From contig CAVUXE010000091.1 in NCBI GenBank assembly GCA_963745235.1, positions 37,477 through 101,476 on the forward strand: a DNA stretch of 64,000 bases, in the 5' to 3' direction. The translations under genes were made by a program, and so were the position numbers. Origin of the DNA: an uncultured Spirochaetota bacterium. Lineage in GTDB: Bacteria; Spirochaetota; Spirochaetia; SZUA-6; Fen-1364. Below, one piece after another: positions 48,503-57,639 of this stretch. The notes under the pieces were generated by a model, which was not told the DNA's origin, ran no database searches, and saw only the letters and a program-made list of their open reading frames with translations. The stretch's first letter is position 1. Every line of letters begins with the position of its first letter.

Positions 48503-49102
48503 TCAGATGTCCACCAGAAGACTGGCGGCGAGCCGACGCGCTGCCCTGCCCCTGTGAGAGAGCTCGTCCTTCCGGGCGTCCGGAAGCTCGGCAAGCGTCT
48601 GGCCGAGCCGGGGCAGGAGGAAAAGAGGGTCATAGCCGAACCCGTTTCCTCCGCGCGGCTCTTCCGTGATGATGCCGTGGACGGTCTCCTGGACAACGAT
48701 GAATCTTTCCTTGTCCAGGAAAAAAACAAGGCAGCAAACGAAGAAAGCGGCTCGGTCTTCTTGCCCTTTGAGCTTCTCCAGGAGGAACGCGTTCCGCCGG
48801 GGGGTCTCCAGGCTTTTCCCGTCAGGGCCGGCGCCGTAGCGGTTTGAAAGGATCCCCGGCGCTCCCCCGAGCGCATGGACGCAAAGCCCCGAGTCATCCG
48901 CGAGGACGGGCCTGCCCGCATCTTCGAGCAGCGCAAACGCTTTGCCGCGGGCGTTGTCGTAGAACGTGGCGCCGTCCTCTTCGAAGTCGAATGACACGCC
49001 GATCTCCTGGGGAAGGAGGATGCGCACCTGGGGCAGAAGCCGGCGAAACTCGGCGAGCTTGTGATCGTTGTTTGATGCAAGGACACACTCTGTGCTCATC
49101 AT
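48503..49102 (-). CDS. rdgB: non-canonical purine NTP pyrophosphatase (HAM1)
   Basis: LASNNDHKLAE, EEDGATFYDNARGKA, ADDSGL, GFGYDPLF and KDELSHRGRA. Confidence 0.93.
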   Translation of the reverse strand: MMSTECVLASNNDHKLAEFRRLLPQVRILLPQEIGVSFDFEEDGATFYDNARGKAFALLEDAGRPVLADDSGLCVHALGGAPGILSNRYGAGPDGKSLETPRRNAFLLEKLKGQEDRAAFFVCCLVFFLDKERFIVVQETVHGIITEEPRGGNGFGYDPLFLLPRLGQTLAELPDARKDELSHRGRAARRLAASLLVDI

Positions 49103-49965
49103 GCGGACCTGAATGTGTCGGGATCATACACCTCGGCGAGTTTCTTCTTCAACCAATAGAGGCCGGAGTCAACGGTGCCCTTGGGAACGCCGAGGATACG
49201 GGCAATCTCCTTGTTCGTCGGCGCAAGCCCCACGCGGGCCATCCTGTCCATGGCCCCGCGCATCCGGCGGCGCGCTTTCTGCAGCCTGACGGAGAGCTCG
49301 GCCCTCTTCTCCTCATCCGTTTCGCCAGGAAGCTCGGTTTCCAGAAGGCGGACCTGGGAGAAGGCGCCGTTGCGTCTGCGCCGAAAGGTCTCCAGCCGCG
49401 CCTCCCGGGGCGCGCGATGCTCGCACAGCTCCACCATCAGGCTCGCCAGGCGCTCCGGCGGGACTCCTGCCAGTCTCGCAAGGGCTGCGGTCTTCCCCGG
49501 GTCGAGATTCCTTGAGCACTTCAGGATGAAGAACAGGAGATTCCTGCGGTCAGAGCCTGTCCTGATGAGCGCCGTTAGCTCTCTGCCGCCAGGCTCCAGC
49601 ATGGCTTCATCGTCCGCGTCCCCTGGGGCCTGCTCGGCGCTTGCCGTCTCATGCTCCGTCTCGATCCTCAGCGCCACGTTCCAGGATCTTTCACCGCGCT
49701 TGCGCTCCCGGGCGAAGTTTCGCAGCTGCCATGCCAGCACCGAGCAGAGGTACGACTCGAACGGCTTGCCCTGGTCCCTGAACCTGTCCAGCAGCCTCAC
49801 GAGGCGGGGATGGAAGAACACGTAAAACTCCCCGCACGCGTCTTCGTCCCACCCCATCTTCCGTTGCGGGAAGAGGTAGACCCGCGGGGCCAGGTCGCTC
49901 ATGAGCTCCGCGAGACCCCCCCGGGTCCGCTGGTAGTGAAGGACTTTTTCCGTGAGATTTTCCAC
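49099..49965 (-). CDS. putative sigma-70-like / HTH transcription factor
   Basis: Region-2-like FRDQGKPFESYLCSVL and region-4-like PTNKEIARILGVPKGTVDSGLYWLKK. Confidence 0.6.
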   Translation of the reverse strand: MENLTEKVLHYQRTRGGLAELMSDLAPRVYLFPQRKMGWDEDACGEFYVFFHPRLVRLLDRFRDQGKPFESYLCSVLAWQLRNFARERKRGERSWNVALRIETEHETASAEQAPGDADDEAMLEPGGRELTALIRTGSDRRNLLFFILKCSRNLDPGKTAALARLAGVPPERLASLMVELCEHRAPREARLETFRRRRNGAFSQVRLLETELPGETDEEKRAELSVRLQKARRRMRGAMDRMARVGLAPTNKEIARILGVPKGTVDSGLYWLKKKLAEVYDPDTFRSA

Positions 49966-50064
49966 GACTTTCCCTCCTTGCGGCGTGGGAGGAAAAGCAA
50001 TTTGCGTGCCATATCTCAGGCGATGGCAAGGCCACCGGAGGGCCTTTCTTTACATTCGCTTACT

Positions 50065-51024
50065 TTATGCAAGAAATGCAAAGGCCTCGATCACCGTTGC
50101 CCTGATCGAATCCAGCGTGCCCTTGATGTCGAATCCGGCCGCCTGCCTGTGGCCGCCGCCGCCGAAGCCGGCGGCAATCTTTCCCACATCGACGGTCGAG
50201 CTCGAGCGCAGCCCCACGGAGTACGCGCCGCCTCTCTCTTCCTTGATGAAAGCCACCACCACCGCTCCGCGGACCGTCTGGAGCAATCGATACAGCTCAT
50301 CCTCTCCGCGCTGGCCGGCGCCGTGGCGCTCCCTGTCCTGCGCGGTCTGCCACGTGATGAGAAGCCGGCCTTCCCGGTGGGTCTCCACGCGCAGGAGAAG
50401 CTCGCCAAGGAGCCTTCTTCCCGAGAGGTCCCGTCGGCCGTAGATCATCATGTAGACTTCCGCGGGAGACGTCCCGCAGGCGGCCAGCCGCGACAGCGTG
50501 CGGAAAGTCTCAGGGCTGCCGGGACCGAGATGGCGGAAGAACCCCGTGTCCGTGCAGAAGCCGAAGAGCAGGAGATGCGCGGTCTGGGGATCCACGTCGA
50601 CCTTCAGCGCTTCGAACAGGGAGAAGATGAGAAATGTCGTGGAGGGAGCGGAGTCATCGACATAGCGGACCGTCCCGAATGTCTCCCCGGCGGAATGGTG
50701 GTCTATGACGAGGGTGGGCAGGCCTTCCACCCTGGCCCCCAGGTCCCCGGTGCGATCCGGTGTGGAGCAGTCCACGATGATGACGGCCGCCCCGGCGAGC
50801 TTCTCGTCTGAAATCGCGGGGGCAAAACGGTCTGCAAAGCCCTCGATCTCAGGCCGGTCGAAGGGACCAACGGAATGGATGCTTGCTTTCTTTCCAAGCG
50901 CGGAAACGATGGTCGCGACGGTCAACTGGGAAGCAACGCAGTCTCCGTCAGGCTCCTTGTGCCCCAGAATCAGGAAGGACTGGTGCGCTCGAAGAAAACC
51001 CGCCGCGGCGGTCCGGGACGACAT
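50065..51024 (-). CDS. nrnA: DHH/DHHA1 phosphoesterase (nanoRNase/pAp phosphatase)
   Basis: GHKEPDGDC, IVDC, VIDHH, TDTGFF and GGGGHRQAAG. Confidence 0.88.
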   Translation of the reverse strand: MSSRTAAAGFLRAHQSFLILGHKEPDGDCVASQLTVATIVSALGKKASIHSVGPFDRPEIEGFADRFAPAISDEKLAGAAVIIVDCSTPDRTGDLGARVEGLPTLVIDHHSAGETFGTVRYVDDSAPSTTFLIFSLFEALKVDVDPQTAHLLLFGFCTDTGFFRHLGPGSPETFRTLSRLAACGTSPAEVYMMIYGRRDLSGRRLLGELLLRVETHREGRLLITWQTAQDRERHGAGQRGEDELYRLLQTVRGAVVVAFIKEERGGAYSVGLRSSSTVDVGKIAAGFGGGGHRQAAGFDIKGTLDSIRATVIEAFAFLA

Positions 51025-51028
51025 GCCG

Positions 51029-52216
51029 CTACTCCAGGTGAAGGAGCGCGCGCTGACGTTCCTCTCCGGTGACCTCGAGCTTTCCTCCCCGGATCACGCA
51101 GTCGATCTCCGTTCGCATGCCGAACTCCGGGAGGTAGACTCCCGGCTCGATGGAGAAACAGGCGCCCTCCGGGATCACCCGACTGTCGGGAAACTCCACG
51201 GAGTCCAGGTTCACTCCGAAGCCGTGAACCCTGCCGCCAATGGAGTGCCCGGTCCTGTGGCGCAGAAAGTCCCCGTAGCCCAGGCTGACGAGCGTAGAGC
51301 GGGCAGCCGCGTCAACCTCCGCGCCGCGCACCCCCCTCCCCTGCGATAGACCGCGAGCCAGCGTGGATACGGCCTCCTCTCTGGCCCGCACCACTGCATC
51401 GAAAGCCCGCTGCTGCGCAGGGGAGGGTCCGCGCGCGACAACGCCGATCCAGGAGATGTCCGCATACACCGCGCCGGGGGAATCCTTCTTTGCCCACATG
51501 TCGAGCTGGAGGACGTCTCCGGCGGAGACCTGTGCTCCGCTTCCCTGGACCTTGTAATGGGGATTGTTCGAATTGATCCCCGCGCCCACGATGGGGGGGC
51601 CGTCGGTCACCAGGCCAGCGGCGGAAAAGCGGGACAGGATCAGGTCCCGAAGCTCCCCTTCATGGAGAGCCTGCCCGCCCCCACCCCCGAGCCTCTGCTG
51701 CACGAGGCCCCAGGCATCACGAACCGCGGAGTGAAGGACTTTCGCCGCCTCCGCGTGTGACCGCAATCCCTCCCCGTCCAGAGTGCCCAGGCAACGGGCC
51801 ACGAGGTCCTCCGCGGGGACAAGCTTGCAGCCGCAACTCTCCACGAGCAGCGCGGTGCCATGGTCCAGAAATGATCCCACCGGGATTGTGGAGGAAAAGT
51901 CCGCCGCGACGGAACCGCCCGACGGCGGTCCCTGCGCAAGGGCCCGTGCCAGGGCAGTGGTGTACTCTTCCCGGGTGGAATATTGGACGGTCTGGCCCGG
52001 CACGTGATCAAGGATCGAGGCTTCAATTCTATGGACGATCTTGAGCGGCGGCCGATCTGGAAAAAGAAGACACACCCACGGCCGCGTATTTGTCCTGTTC
52101 GTGGGAACATCGAGAAGGAGGTCAGCTATTTCATCTCGATGGAAGAGGTTGATGAGGAGCCACGCGGAAAGTCCCGCCTCCCGAATGGCTGTGCGAGGTT
52201 TTTCGATATCCAGCAT
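51029..52216 (-). CDS. M24 family (Xaa-Pro) metallopeptidase
   Basis: NPHY, LDMWA, YADISW, HRTGHSIG, FSIEPGVY and GMRTE. Confidence 0.9.
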   Translation of the reverse strand: MLDIEKPRTAIREAGLSAWLLINLFHRDEIADLLLDVPTNRTNTRPWVCLLFPDRPPLKIVHRIEASILDHVPGQTVQYSTREEYTTALARALAQGPPSGGSVAADFSSTIPVGSFLDHGTALLVESCGCKLVPAEDLVARCLGTLDGEGLRSHAEAAKVLHSAVRDAWGLVQQRLGGGGGQALHEGELRDLILSRFSAAGLVTDGPPIVGAGINSNNPHYKVQGSGAQVSAGDVLQLDMWAKKDSPGAVYADISWIGVVARGPSPAQQRAFDAVVRAREEAVSTLARGLSQGRGVRGAEVDAAARSTLVSLGYGDFLRHRTGHSIGGRVHGFGVNLDSVEFPDSRVIPEGACFSIEPGVYLPEFGMRTEIDCVIRGGKLEVTGEERQRALLHLE

Positions 52217-52230
52217 TGGGGCCGGCGGCC

Positions 52231-52672
52231 TCAGTAGTCCCGCGGCGGTTCCTGGATATTGAACTGCGTGGTGAGGTTGAGGCTGGCATCAAGGGTCCCC
52301 CACGTGGGGCCCATCATGTCCTCCTGGGCGTTGATGCTTATGTGGTCGAACTTCCCATCCACCCACGAAATCGAGACGTACGGCCTGTCCGGTGTGGTCC
52401 CATAGGTGATGACCGCGGTGGCGGTGACACCGCCGGTGAAACCACTTCAAAGGCACGTACATCTCTCCGATCGTCATGTTGCTCTTCCAATAGAGGAGCT
52501 TGTACCCGAGGGGGTGCACGAAGACCCTGATAAGAGGGATATTCTTTACATACGCTTCCTTGGGATATCCCTGCTGGGCGGACGATGGTTGCGCCGTCTG
52601 CGCCTGAGCAAACGCTGACATGCCCATGAGCAGCAGAGTCCCCGCGATTACGATTGCGACCGCCCTTTTCAT
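52231..52672 (-). CDS. hypothetical exported protein, frameshift near 52435
   Basis: Signal peptide MKRAVAIVIAGTLLLMGMSAFA; continues in a shifted frame ...PYVSISWVDGKFDHI...EPPRDY-stop at 52231. Confidence 0.65.
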
Positions 52673-52704
52673 CCCGATCCTCCTGACCCTCTGAGCCGAC
52701 CAGA

Positions 52705-52732
52705 TCACCCCTTCTATCTCACCCCTTATATC
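52705..52732. repeat. 14 bp tandem repeat x2
   Basis: TCACCCCTTCTATC / TCACCCCTTATATC. Confidence 0.6.
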
Positions 52733-52759
52733 ATAGTGGTTTTCGGGGCCGTTTCAAGG

Positions 52760-52819
52760 GCAGCCATAGTCCGGTGCGGCCATAATCCGGTGCAGCCACA
52801 ACGCGGCAGCCGTCATCCT
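52760..52819. repeat. degenerate 14-16 bp tandem repeat x4
   Basis: GCAGCCATAGTCCGGT / GCGGCCATAATCCGGT / GCAGCCACAACGCG / GCAGCCGTCATCCT. Confidence 0.55.
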
Positions 52820-52840
52820 GCAGGGGCAAATCCCTTTCGC

Positions 52841-53776
52841 CTACAGCGTTGCGAGCATGAGCGCCTTTATGGTGTGTTTGCGGTTCTCCGCTTCATCCCA
52901 GACGCGGGAGCTGGGGCCGTCAATGACCTCCGCCGAGACCTCTTTGGCCCTGACCGCGGGGAGGCAGTGCAGAAAAATCGAAGTCTTGCCCGTCTTCTGC
53001 ATCAGGTCCTGGGTGACCTGGTAGGGAGAAAGGAGCGAAGCCCGCTCAGCGCCCTTCTCCTCCTCCCCCATCGACACCCACACGTCCGTGTACACCGCAT
53101 CCGCGCCCCTGACGCCTTCCGAGACATCCGCGCTCACCTGGACCTTCGCTCCGGTGTGCGCTCCCATGGCCGCGGCCCATTCGACGTTTTCGGGCGCAGG
53201 AGAGAGGGAAGAGGGACAAACGATGGAGACGTGCACGCCCATCTGGGCGCAGCCTACCAGGAGCGTCGTGGCAACGTTGTTTCTCCCATCCCCCACGAAC
53301 GCAAGCTTCGTTCCCTTCAGGCTGCCGAACTCTTCTTCCATGGTCATGAGGTCCGCGAGCACCTGGGTCGGATGCCATTCGTCGGTGAGGCCGTTGTACA
53401 CCGGCACTCCGGACCACCGGGCCAGAGTTTCAACGGTGGATTGCTTGAAGCCGCGGAACTGGATTGCGTCGAACATCCTGCCCAGGACCCGCGCGGTGTC
53501 TTCGATTGTTTCCTTCACGCCGAGGTGGATGTCCGCGGTGGAGAGAAACACGGGGTGCCCCCCTTCCTCCCCGAACGCCGTCTCGAAGGCGCAGCGCGTC
53601 CGGGTGGAGCGCTTCTCGAAAAGCAGCGCGATGGTCCGCCCCTGGAATCTCTGCAGCAGCTTCCCGGTTTTCCGCTCTTTCTTCACCTTGTGGGACAGAT
53701 CCAGGACCTCGCGAACTTCTTCCGGCGTCCAGTCCTTGAGCGTGAGAAGCGATTTTCCCTTCAGCGTCGACTTCAT
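52841..53776 (-). CDS. argF: ornithine carbamoyltransferase (ArgF/ArcB)
   Basis: FEKRSTRTR, NGLTDEWHPTQ, YTDVWVSMG, FLHCLPA and EAENRKH. Confidence 0.95.
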   Translation of the reverse strand: MKSTLKGKSLLTLKDWTPEEVREVLDLSHKVKKERKTGKLLQRFQGRTIALLFEKRSTRTRCAFETAFGEEGGHPVFLSTADIHLGVKETIEDTARVLGRMFDAIQFRGFKQSTVETLARWSGVPVYNGLTDEWHPTQVLADLMTMEEEFGSLKGTKLAFVGDGRNNVATTLLVGCAQMGVHVSIVCPSSLSPAPENVEWAAAMGAHTGAKVQVSADVSEGVRGADAVYTDVWVSMGEEEKGAERASLLSPYQVTQDLMQKTGKTSIFLHCLPAVRAKEVSAEVIDGPSSRVWDEAENRKHTIKALMLATL

Positions 53777-55091
53777 TGCAACCTCGCTTTCAGAATCTCC
53801 TCCAGGTCCGGCGTGCTCACTTCCTTCAGCTCGTAGCGCACGCGCACCATGGGTTTCTCGATGCGGATGATCCTGGTCAGATCCACGGGCGTGGCAATGA
53901 TCACCAGGTCGCACGGCACGCGCCTGATGGTCGCCTCCAGGTCTCTCACCTGCTCCTCCCCGTAGCCGACGGCCGGCAGGAGCGCCCCGATGCGCGGGTA
54001 CTTCTGGAAGGTTTCTCGGATCTTCCCGGTGGCGTACTCGCCGGGGATCAACGATTTCAGCGGCGCCGTTGGCGCTGCGCGGCGACAGTCCCTGATCCGT
54101 AGTTCATCTCCCCGTGGGTCAGCGTGGGTCCGTCCTCCACAACCAGGACGCGCTTCCCCTGGATCTTCTCCCGGCCTTCCAGGAAAAGCGGGGATGCCGC
54201 ATCGACTACCTGCGCCTTCGGGTTCAGGGCCCGGATGCTTTCGCGCACGGTCTCGATGCCCTGGGGCTCCGCGGTGTCGATCTTGTTGATGACCACCACG
54301 TCCGCCATGATCAGGTTGACCCGGCCGGGATAGTAGGACAGCTCGTGCCCCGGTCTGTGAGGATCTACCACCGTGATGTGAACGTCCGGCGTGTAGAAGG
54401 GAAGGTCGTTGTTGCCGCCGTCCCAGATGATGACATCACCCTCGGATTCAGCCTGCGCAAGGATCTCCGCGTAATCGACCCCGGCGTAGACGATGAGCCC
54501 CTCCGCGATGTGCGGCTCGTACTCTTCCATCTCTTCGATGGTGCAGCGATGCCTGGCCATGTCCTCCAGCGTGGCGAATCTCTGCACCTTCTGAGATTCC
54601 AGATCCCCATAGGGCATTGGATGGCGGACGACTACGGGCTTGCGCCCCATGCCTTTCAGGATACCGGCGACCCTCCGTGTTGTCTGGCTCTTGCCGCTGC
54701 CCGTGCGCACCGCGCAGACCGCGACAACCGGCTTCCGGGAGGGCAGCATTGCGGATGCCGCGCCTAGGAGGCGGAAGTCGGCTCCCAGCGCCACGACCCG
54801 GGACGCCTGCTCCATCACGTGCTGGTGGGAGACATCCGAATACGAGAAGACAACCTCGTCGATCCGACCCGCTCGAAAAAGCTCCTCGAGCCCCGACTCC
54901 GCGACAATGGGAATGCCATCCGGATAGAAGCGCCCGGCCAGGGCGGGGGGGTACGATCGCCCGGCGATGTCGGGTATTTGCGTGGCGGTGAATGCGACCA
55001 CGCGCGTCTCAGCACAGTCGCGGAACACGCAGTTGAAGTTGTGAAAATCCCGTCCCGCCGCGCCCATGATGACGATGTTTCTTGCTTCCAT
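53773..55091 (-). CDS. COG2403 P-loop NTPase (cyclic 2,3-diphosphoglycerate synthetase-like; probable arginine synthetase ArcE), frameshifts near 54040-54075
   Basis: IMGAAGRDFHNFN, AFTATQIP, AVRTGSGKSQT, RHPMPYGDL, CTIEEMEEYEPH, WDGGNND, EDGPTLTHG and LPAVGY; ATGA overlap with OTC. Confidence 0.8.
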
Positions 55092-55111
55092 GTTTGATTG
55101 TCTTTCCGCAG

Positions 55112-55140
55112 ACTGTACAGGGCGAGGCGGCCCGTGGCAA
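55112..55140 (-). promoter_or_regulatory. putative sigma70 promoter of the COG2403-OTC operon
   Basis: Minus strand TTGCCA-17 bp-TACAGT, about 20 bp upstream of the ATG. Confidence 0.45.
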
Positions 55141-55240
55141 GGCCAGGGTCGTTGGAGTGTCAACAGGCCAGGATCGCGGGGATCGCGGGAAGGCAGTGGG
55201 TCTCGAACGCCGGACGTCTGGGCCCCAGCCATCGCGGCGC

Positions 55241-56023
55241 TCAGTACCGCAGGTGCTTCACCTTCTCCCCACTCTGCTTCAGCGACTCCATGGTCGCAAT
55301 TCCGATCTCGAGGTGCAGGTCAGAGAACTGCGCCGTGACGGCACGATCCATTTCCTCAGTCTTGACGCCTTCGGGGATGACGGGAACGTCGGAGACAAGG
55401 AGAAGCGCGCCGCGGGGGATCTCGTTGGCATGGCCGACCAGGAAAAGGGTTGCAGTCTCCATGTCGATGGCAATGGCGCGCATCCTGATGAGGTATTCCT
55501 TGAACTGCTCGTCGTGCTCCCAAACCCTGCGGTTGGTCGTATAGACGACACCGGTCCGGTAATCCTGCTCCTTCTTGACGATCTCTTCGGCCACCAGCGC
55601 GTGCAGGCGGAATGAGGGAAGGGCCGGGACTTCGATGGGGAAGTAGTCCAGCCCGGTTCCCTCCCCCCGGATTGCCGCAATGGGCAGAACGAAATGCCCG
55701 AGGTCCACGCTCGTCTTCAGACCGCCGCACTTGCCAAGGAAAAGCACGGCATCCGGGTGGACTGCGCTCAGGAGGTCCATGACCGTTGCCGCGTTCGGAG
55801 AGCCGATGCCGAAGTTGACCATCGTGATGCCGGAGGGCGACGTGCATGCCTGCATGGGGCCGCCTGCTCCGGTGATGGGCGCCTTCATGCGCGCGCTGAA
55901 CTTCTCCAGGTAGCTCCAGAAGTTCGTGAGGAGGACCAGCTTCCCGAAATCCCGAATGGGCATTCCCGTGTAGCGCGGGAGCCATCCGCTGACAATCGTT
56001 TCCCGAGACGGCGTGCCCTTCAC
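55241..56023 (-). CDS. amn: AMP nucleosidase (short type)
   Basis: WLPRYTG, LLTNF, NFGIGSPNAA, FLGKCGGL, AAIRGEGT, YTTNRRVWE and IDMETAT. Confidence 0.88.
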   Translation of the reverse strand: MKGTPSRETIVSGWLPRYTGMPIRDFGKLVLLTNFWSYLEKFSARMKAPITGAGGPMQACTSPSGITMVNFGIGSPNAATVMDLLSAVHPDAVLFLGKCGGLKTSVDLGHFVLPIAAIRGEGTGLDYFPIEVPALPSFRLHALVAEEIVKKEQDYRTGVVYTTNRRVWEHDEQFKEYLIRMRAIAIDMETATLFLVGHANEIPRGALLLVSDVPVIPEGVKTEEMDRAVTAQFSDLHLEIGIATMESLKQSGEKVKHLRY

Positions 56024-57240
56024 GCTCGGGCCTCGGAGAGGTCCTTTGCCTCGAATATCGTCATGCCTTCCCATGCCAGGAACGAGCACGTCCCAAAATC
56101 CCGGCTGAAGACCGCCACATCTGCGTCGTATCCCGGGAGCAAAGCGCCCTTTTGCAGAAAGCCAAGGTGCCGGGCCGGATTCAAAGTGGCCATTGCGACA
56201 GCCCAGGGAAGCGGCACGTTGAACCGGGACACCAGGCGGGCCACCCCTTCATTCACGAGCCGGCGTGATCCCACCAGCACCCCCGAGTCCGCGTAGTAGA
56301 CCCCGGCCGCCCGGGCGACCACCGGCTTCCCGTAGACCGTCAGGTCCTGGGCGGCACTGTCTTGCAGCCCGGCCGGCGTGAAAGCGTCAGAGATGAGCAC
56401 GATCCGCTGCCAGGGTCGAGACTGCAGCGCAAGCTGAATTGCAGCGTCATGCACATGGGTCCCGTCGCAGTTGAGCTCCGTGTACACTGTCTTGTTCAGG
56501 ATGGCCCAGTGAGCCAGCCCGGGGTCCTTGTGGGAGATCCCGCTCATGCCGTTGAAAAGGTGAGTGACGCCCAGCGGGGTCACATTCTCATAGGCTTCCA
56601 GGTCAGCAAGCTTCGCATCGGAGTGCCCCAGGGAAGGCAGGACTCCCAGGGAGGTGATGCCGCCGAAGAGCTCGGTGGCCCTCGGCAGCTCCGGCGCGAA
56701 AGTCATGACCCTGAGTCGCCGCCGCGCCGCGTCAACCAGCGTATGCAAGTACTCTATAGAAGGTTCTCGAACGAGCTCGCTGGGAATGCCCCCCTTGCGG
56801 GAGAGGGCAACGAACGGCCCCTCCACGTGGATGCCCAGGGCGCGTCCCCGGAGCCACGGAACAGCGTCCCCGGCTTCCAGAGCCGTTGCCAGGCCGGCAA
56901 GCGTTCCTTCATCCGCCACGGTGGTGGGGAGGAATGCGCCAACGCCCCTTGCCCCAAGGAACCGCCCCATCCGGGCGAGGCTGTCGGCAGTCATGCGCTC
57001 CACGCTTACCCCGCCGCACCCGTGGATATGGACTTCCCACAGGCTTGGGCAGATCAGCGCGCCGCTGGCGCTGACGCGCCTGCATCCTTCGGGAAGCGCG
57101 GCTGCAACCCTGGCCGCCGGACCCACGGCGCTGATCTTCCCTCCCGCCACAAGCACGGCTCCATTGGGGACCAACCGGTCCGGCAGGACCACGTCCCCTC
57201 CTTCGATGAGCACAGGACCCGAAGTCTTTTCAATCGCCAC
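56020..57240 (-). CDS. nagA: N-acetylglucosamine-6-phosphate deacetylase
   Basis: VHIHGCGG, FLPTT, IHVEGPF, FAPE, SLGHSDA, THLFNGM, DGTHV, ATLNPA and GYDADV. Confidence 0.88.
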   Translation of the reverse strand: MAIEKTSGPVLIEGGDVVLPDRLVPNGAVLVAGGKISAVGPAARVAAALPEGCRRVSASGALICPSLWEVHIHGCGGVSVERMTADSLARMGRFLGARGVGAFLPTTVADEGTLAGLATALEAGDAVPWLRGRALGIHVEGPFVALSRKGGIPSELVREPSIEYLHTLVDAARRRLRVMTFAPELPRATELFGGITSLGVLPSLGHSDAKLADLEAYENVTPLGVTHLFNGMSGISHKDPGLAHWAILNKTVYTELNCDGTHVHDAAIQLALQSRPWQRIVLISDAFTPAGLQDSAAQDLTVYGKPVVARAAGVYYADSGVLVGSRRLVNEGVARLVSRFNVPLPWAVAMATLNPARHLGFLQKGALLPGYDADVAVFSRDFGTCSFLAWEGMTIFEAKDLSEARA

Positions 57241-57392
57241 ACAGCCAATGTATGGAAGGAAAAGAGTCTATGCAAACGAGGGTTTGGCGAGCCGAGGCCC
57301 CGGCTGAGCTGCCGTGGGTGGGTCTGCGCCGCCCAGCGGGGGCCCCGGCGCTTCGGCCGGCACTGGCGCCAGCCGCGGCGGCTTCGCCGTTC

Positions 57393-57422
57393 TTGACACT
57401 CCCGGGGCGGAGCAAGTAATAT
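57393..57422 (+). promoter_or_regulatory. sigma70 promoter of tRNA-Leu
   Basis: TTGACA (57393-57398), 18 bp spacer, TAATAT (57417-57422), 11 bp before the tRNA. Confidence 0.65.
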
Positions 57423-57433
57423 CGCCCATACCA

Positions 57434-57518
57434 GCTGCGGTGGTGGAATTTGGTAGACACGCTAGCTTGAGGGGCTAGTGCCCGAAAGGGTGTGCTGGTT
57501 CAAGTCCAGTCCGCAGCA
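57434..57518 (+). tRNA. tRNA-Leu(GAG)
   Basis: GCTGCGG/CCGCAGC acceptor stem, D loop GGAATTTGGTAGAC, anticodon arm CTAGC-TTGAGGG-GCTAG, long variable arm, T loop GGTTCAAGTCC; no CCA. Confidence 0.96.
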
Positions 57519-57520
57519 TC

Positions 57521-57605
57521 GCAACTCATTACGTCGTAATGGGTTGCGGGAGGGACCGAAAACGGACCTCCATGAACGCATCCAACTGTGACACTATCTG
57601 TGACA
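57521..57605. repeat. att-arm-like signals: 12 bp inverted repeat plus 8 bp direct repeats
   Basis: GCAACTCATTAC-gtc-GTAATGGGTTGC (57521-57547, one mismatch); CTGTGACA at 57586-57593 and 57598-57605. Confidence 0.6.
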
Positions 57606-57639
57606 TTATTTCACGGACGTGTCAGCTCAGAGGTGCACC

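Noticed and set aside
52705-52819. Possible mini CRISPR array
   Set aside because: Units are 14-16 bp, adjacent with no unique spacers, and no cas genes are present.
57290-57390. Chain of short GC hairpins upstream of the tRNA-Leu promoter (REP-like or riboswitch)
   Set aside because: Stems are only 5-7 bp in very GC-rich sequence, are not repeated in the window and match no riboswitch consensus I know.
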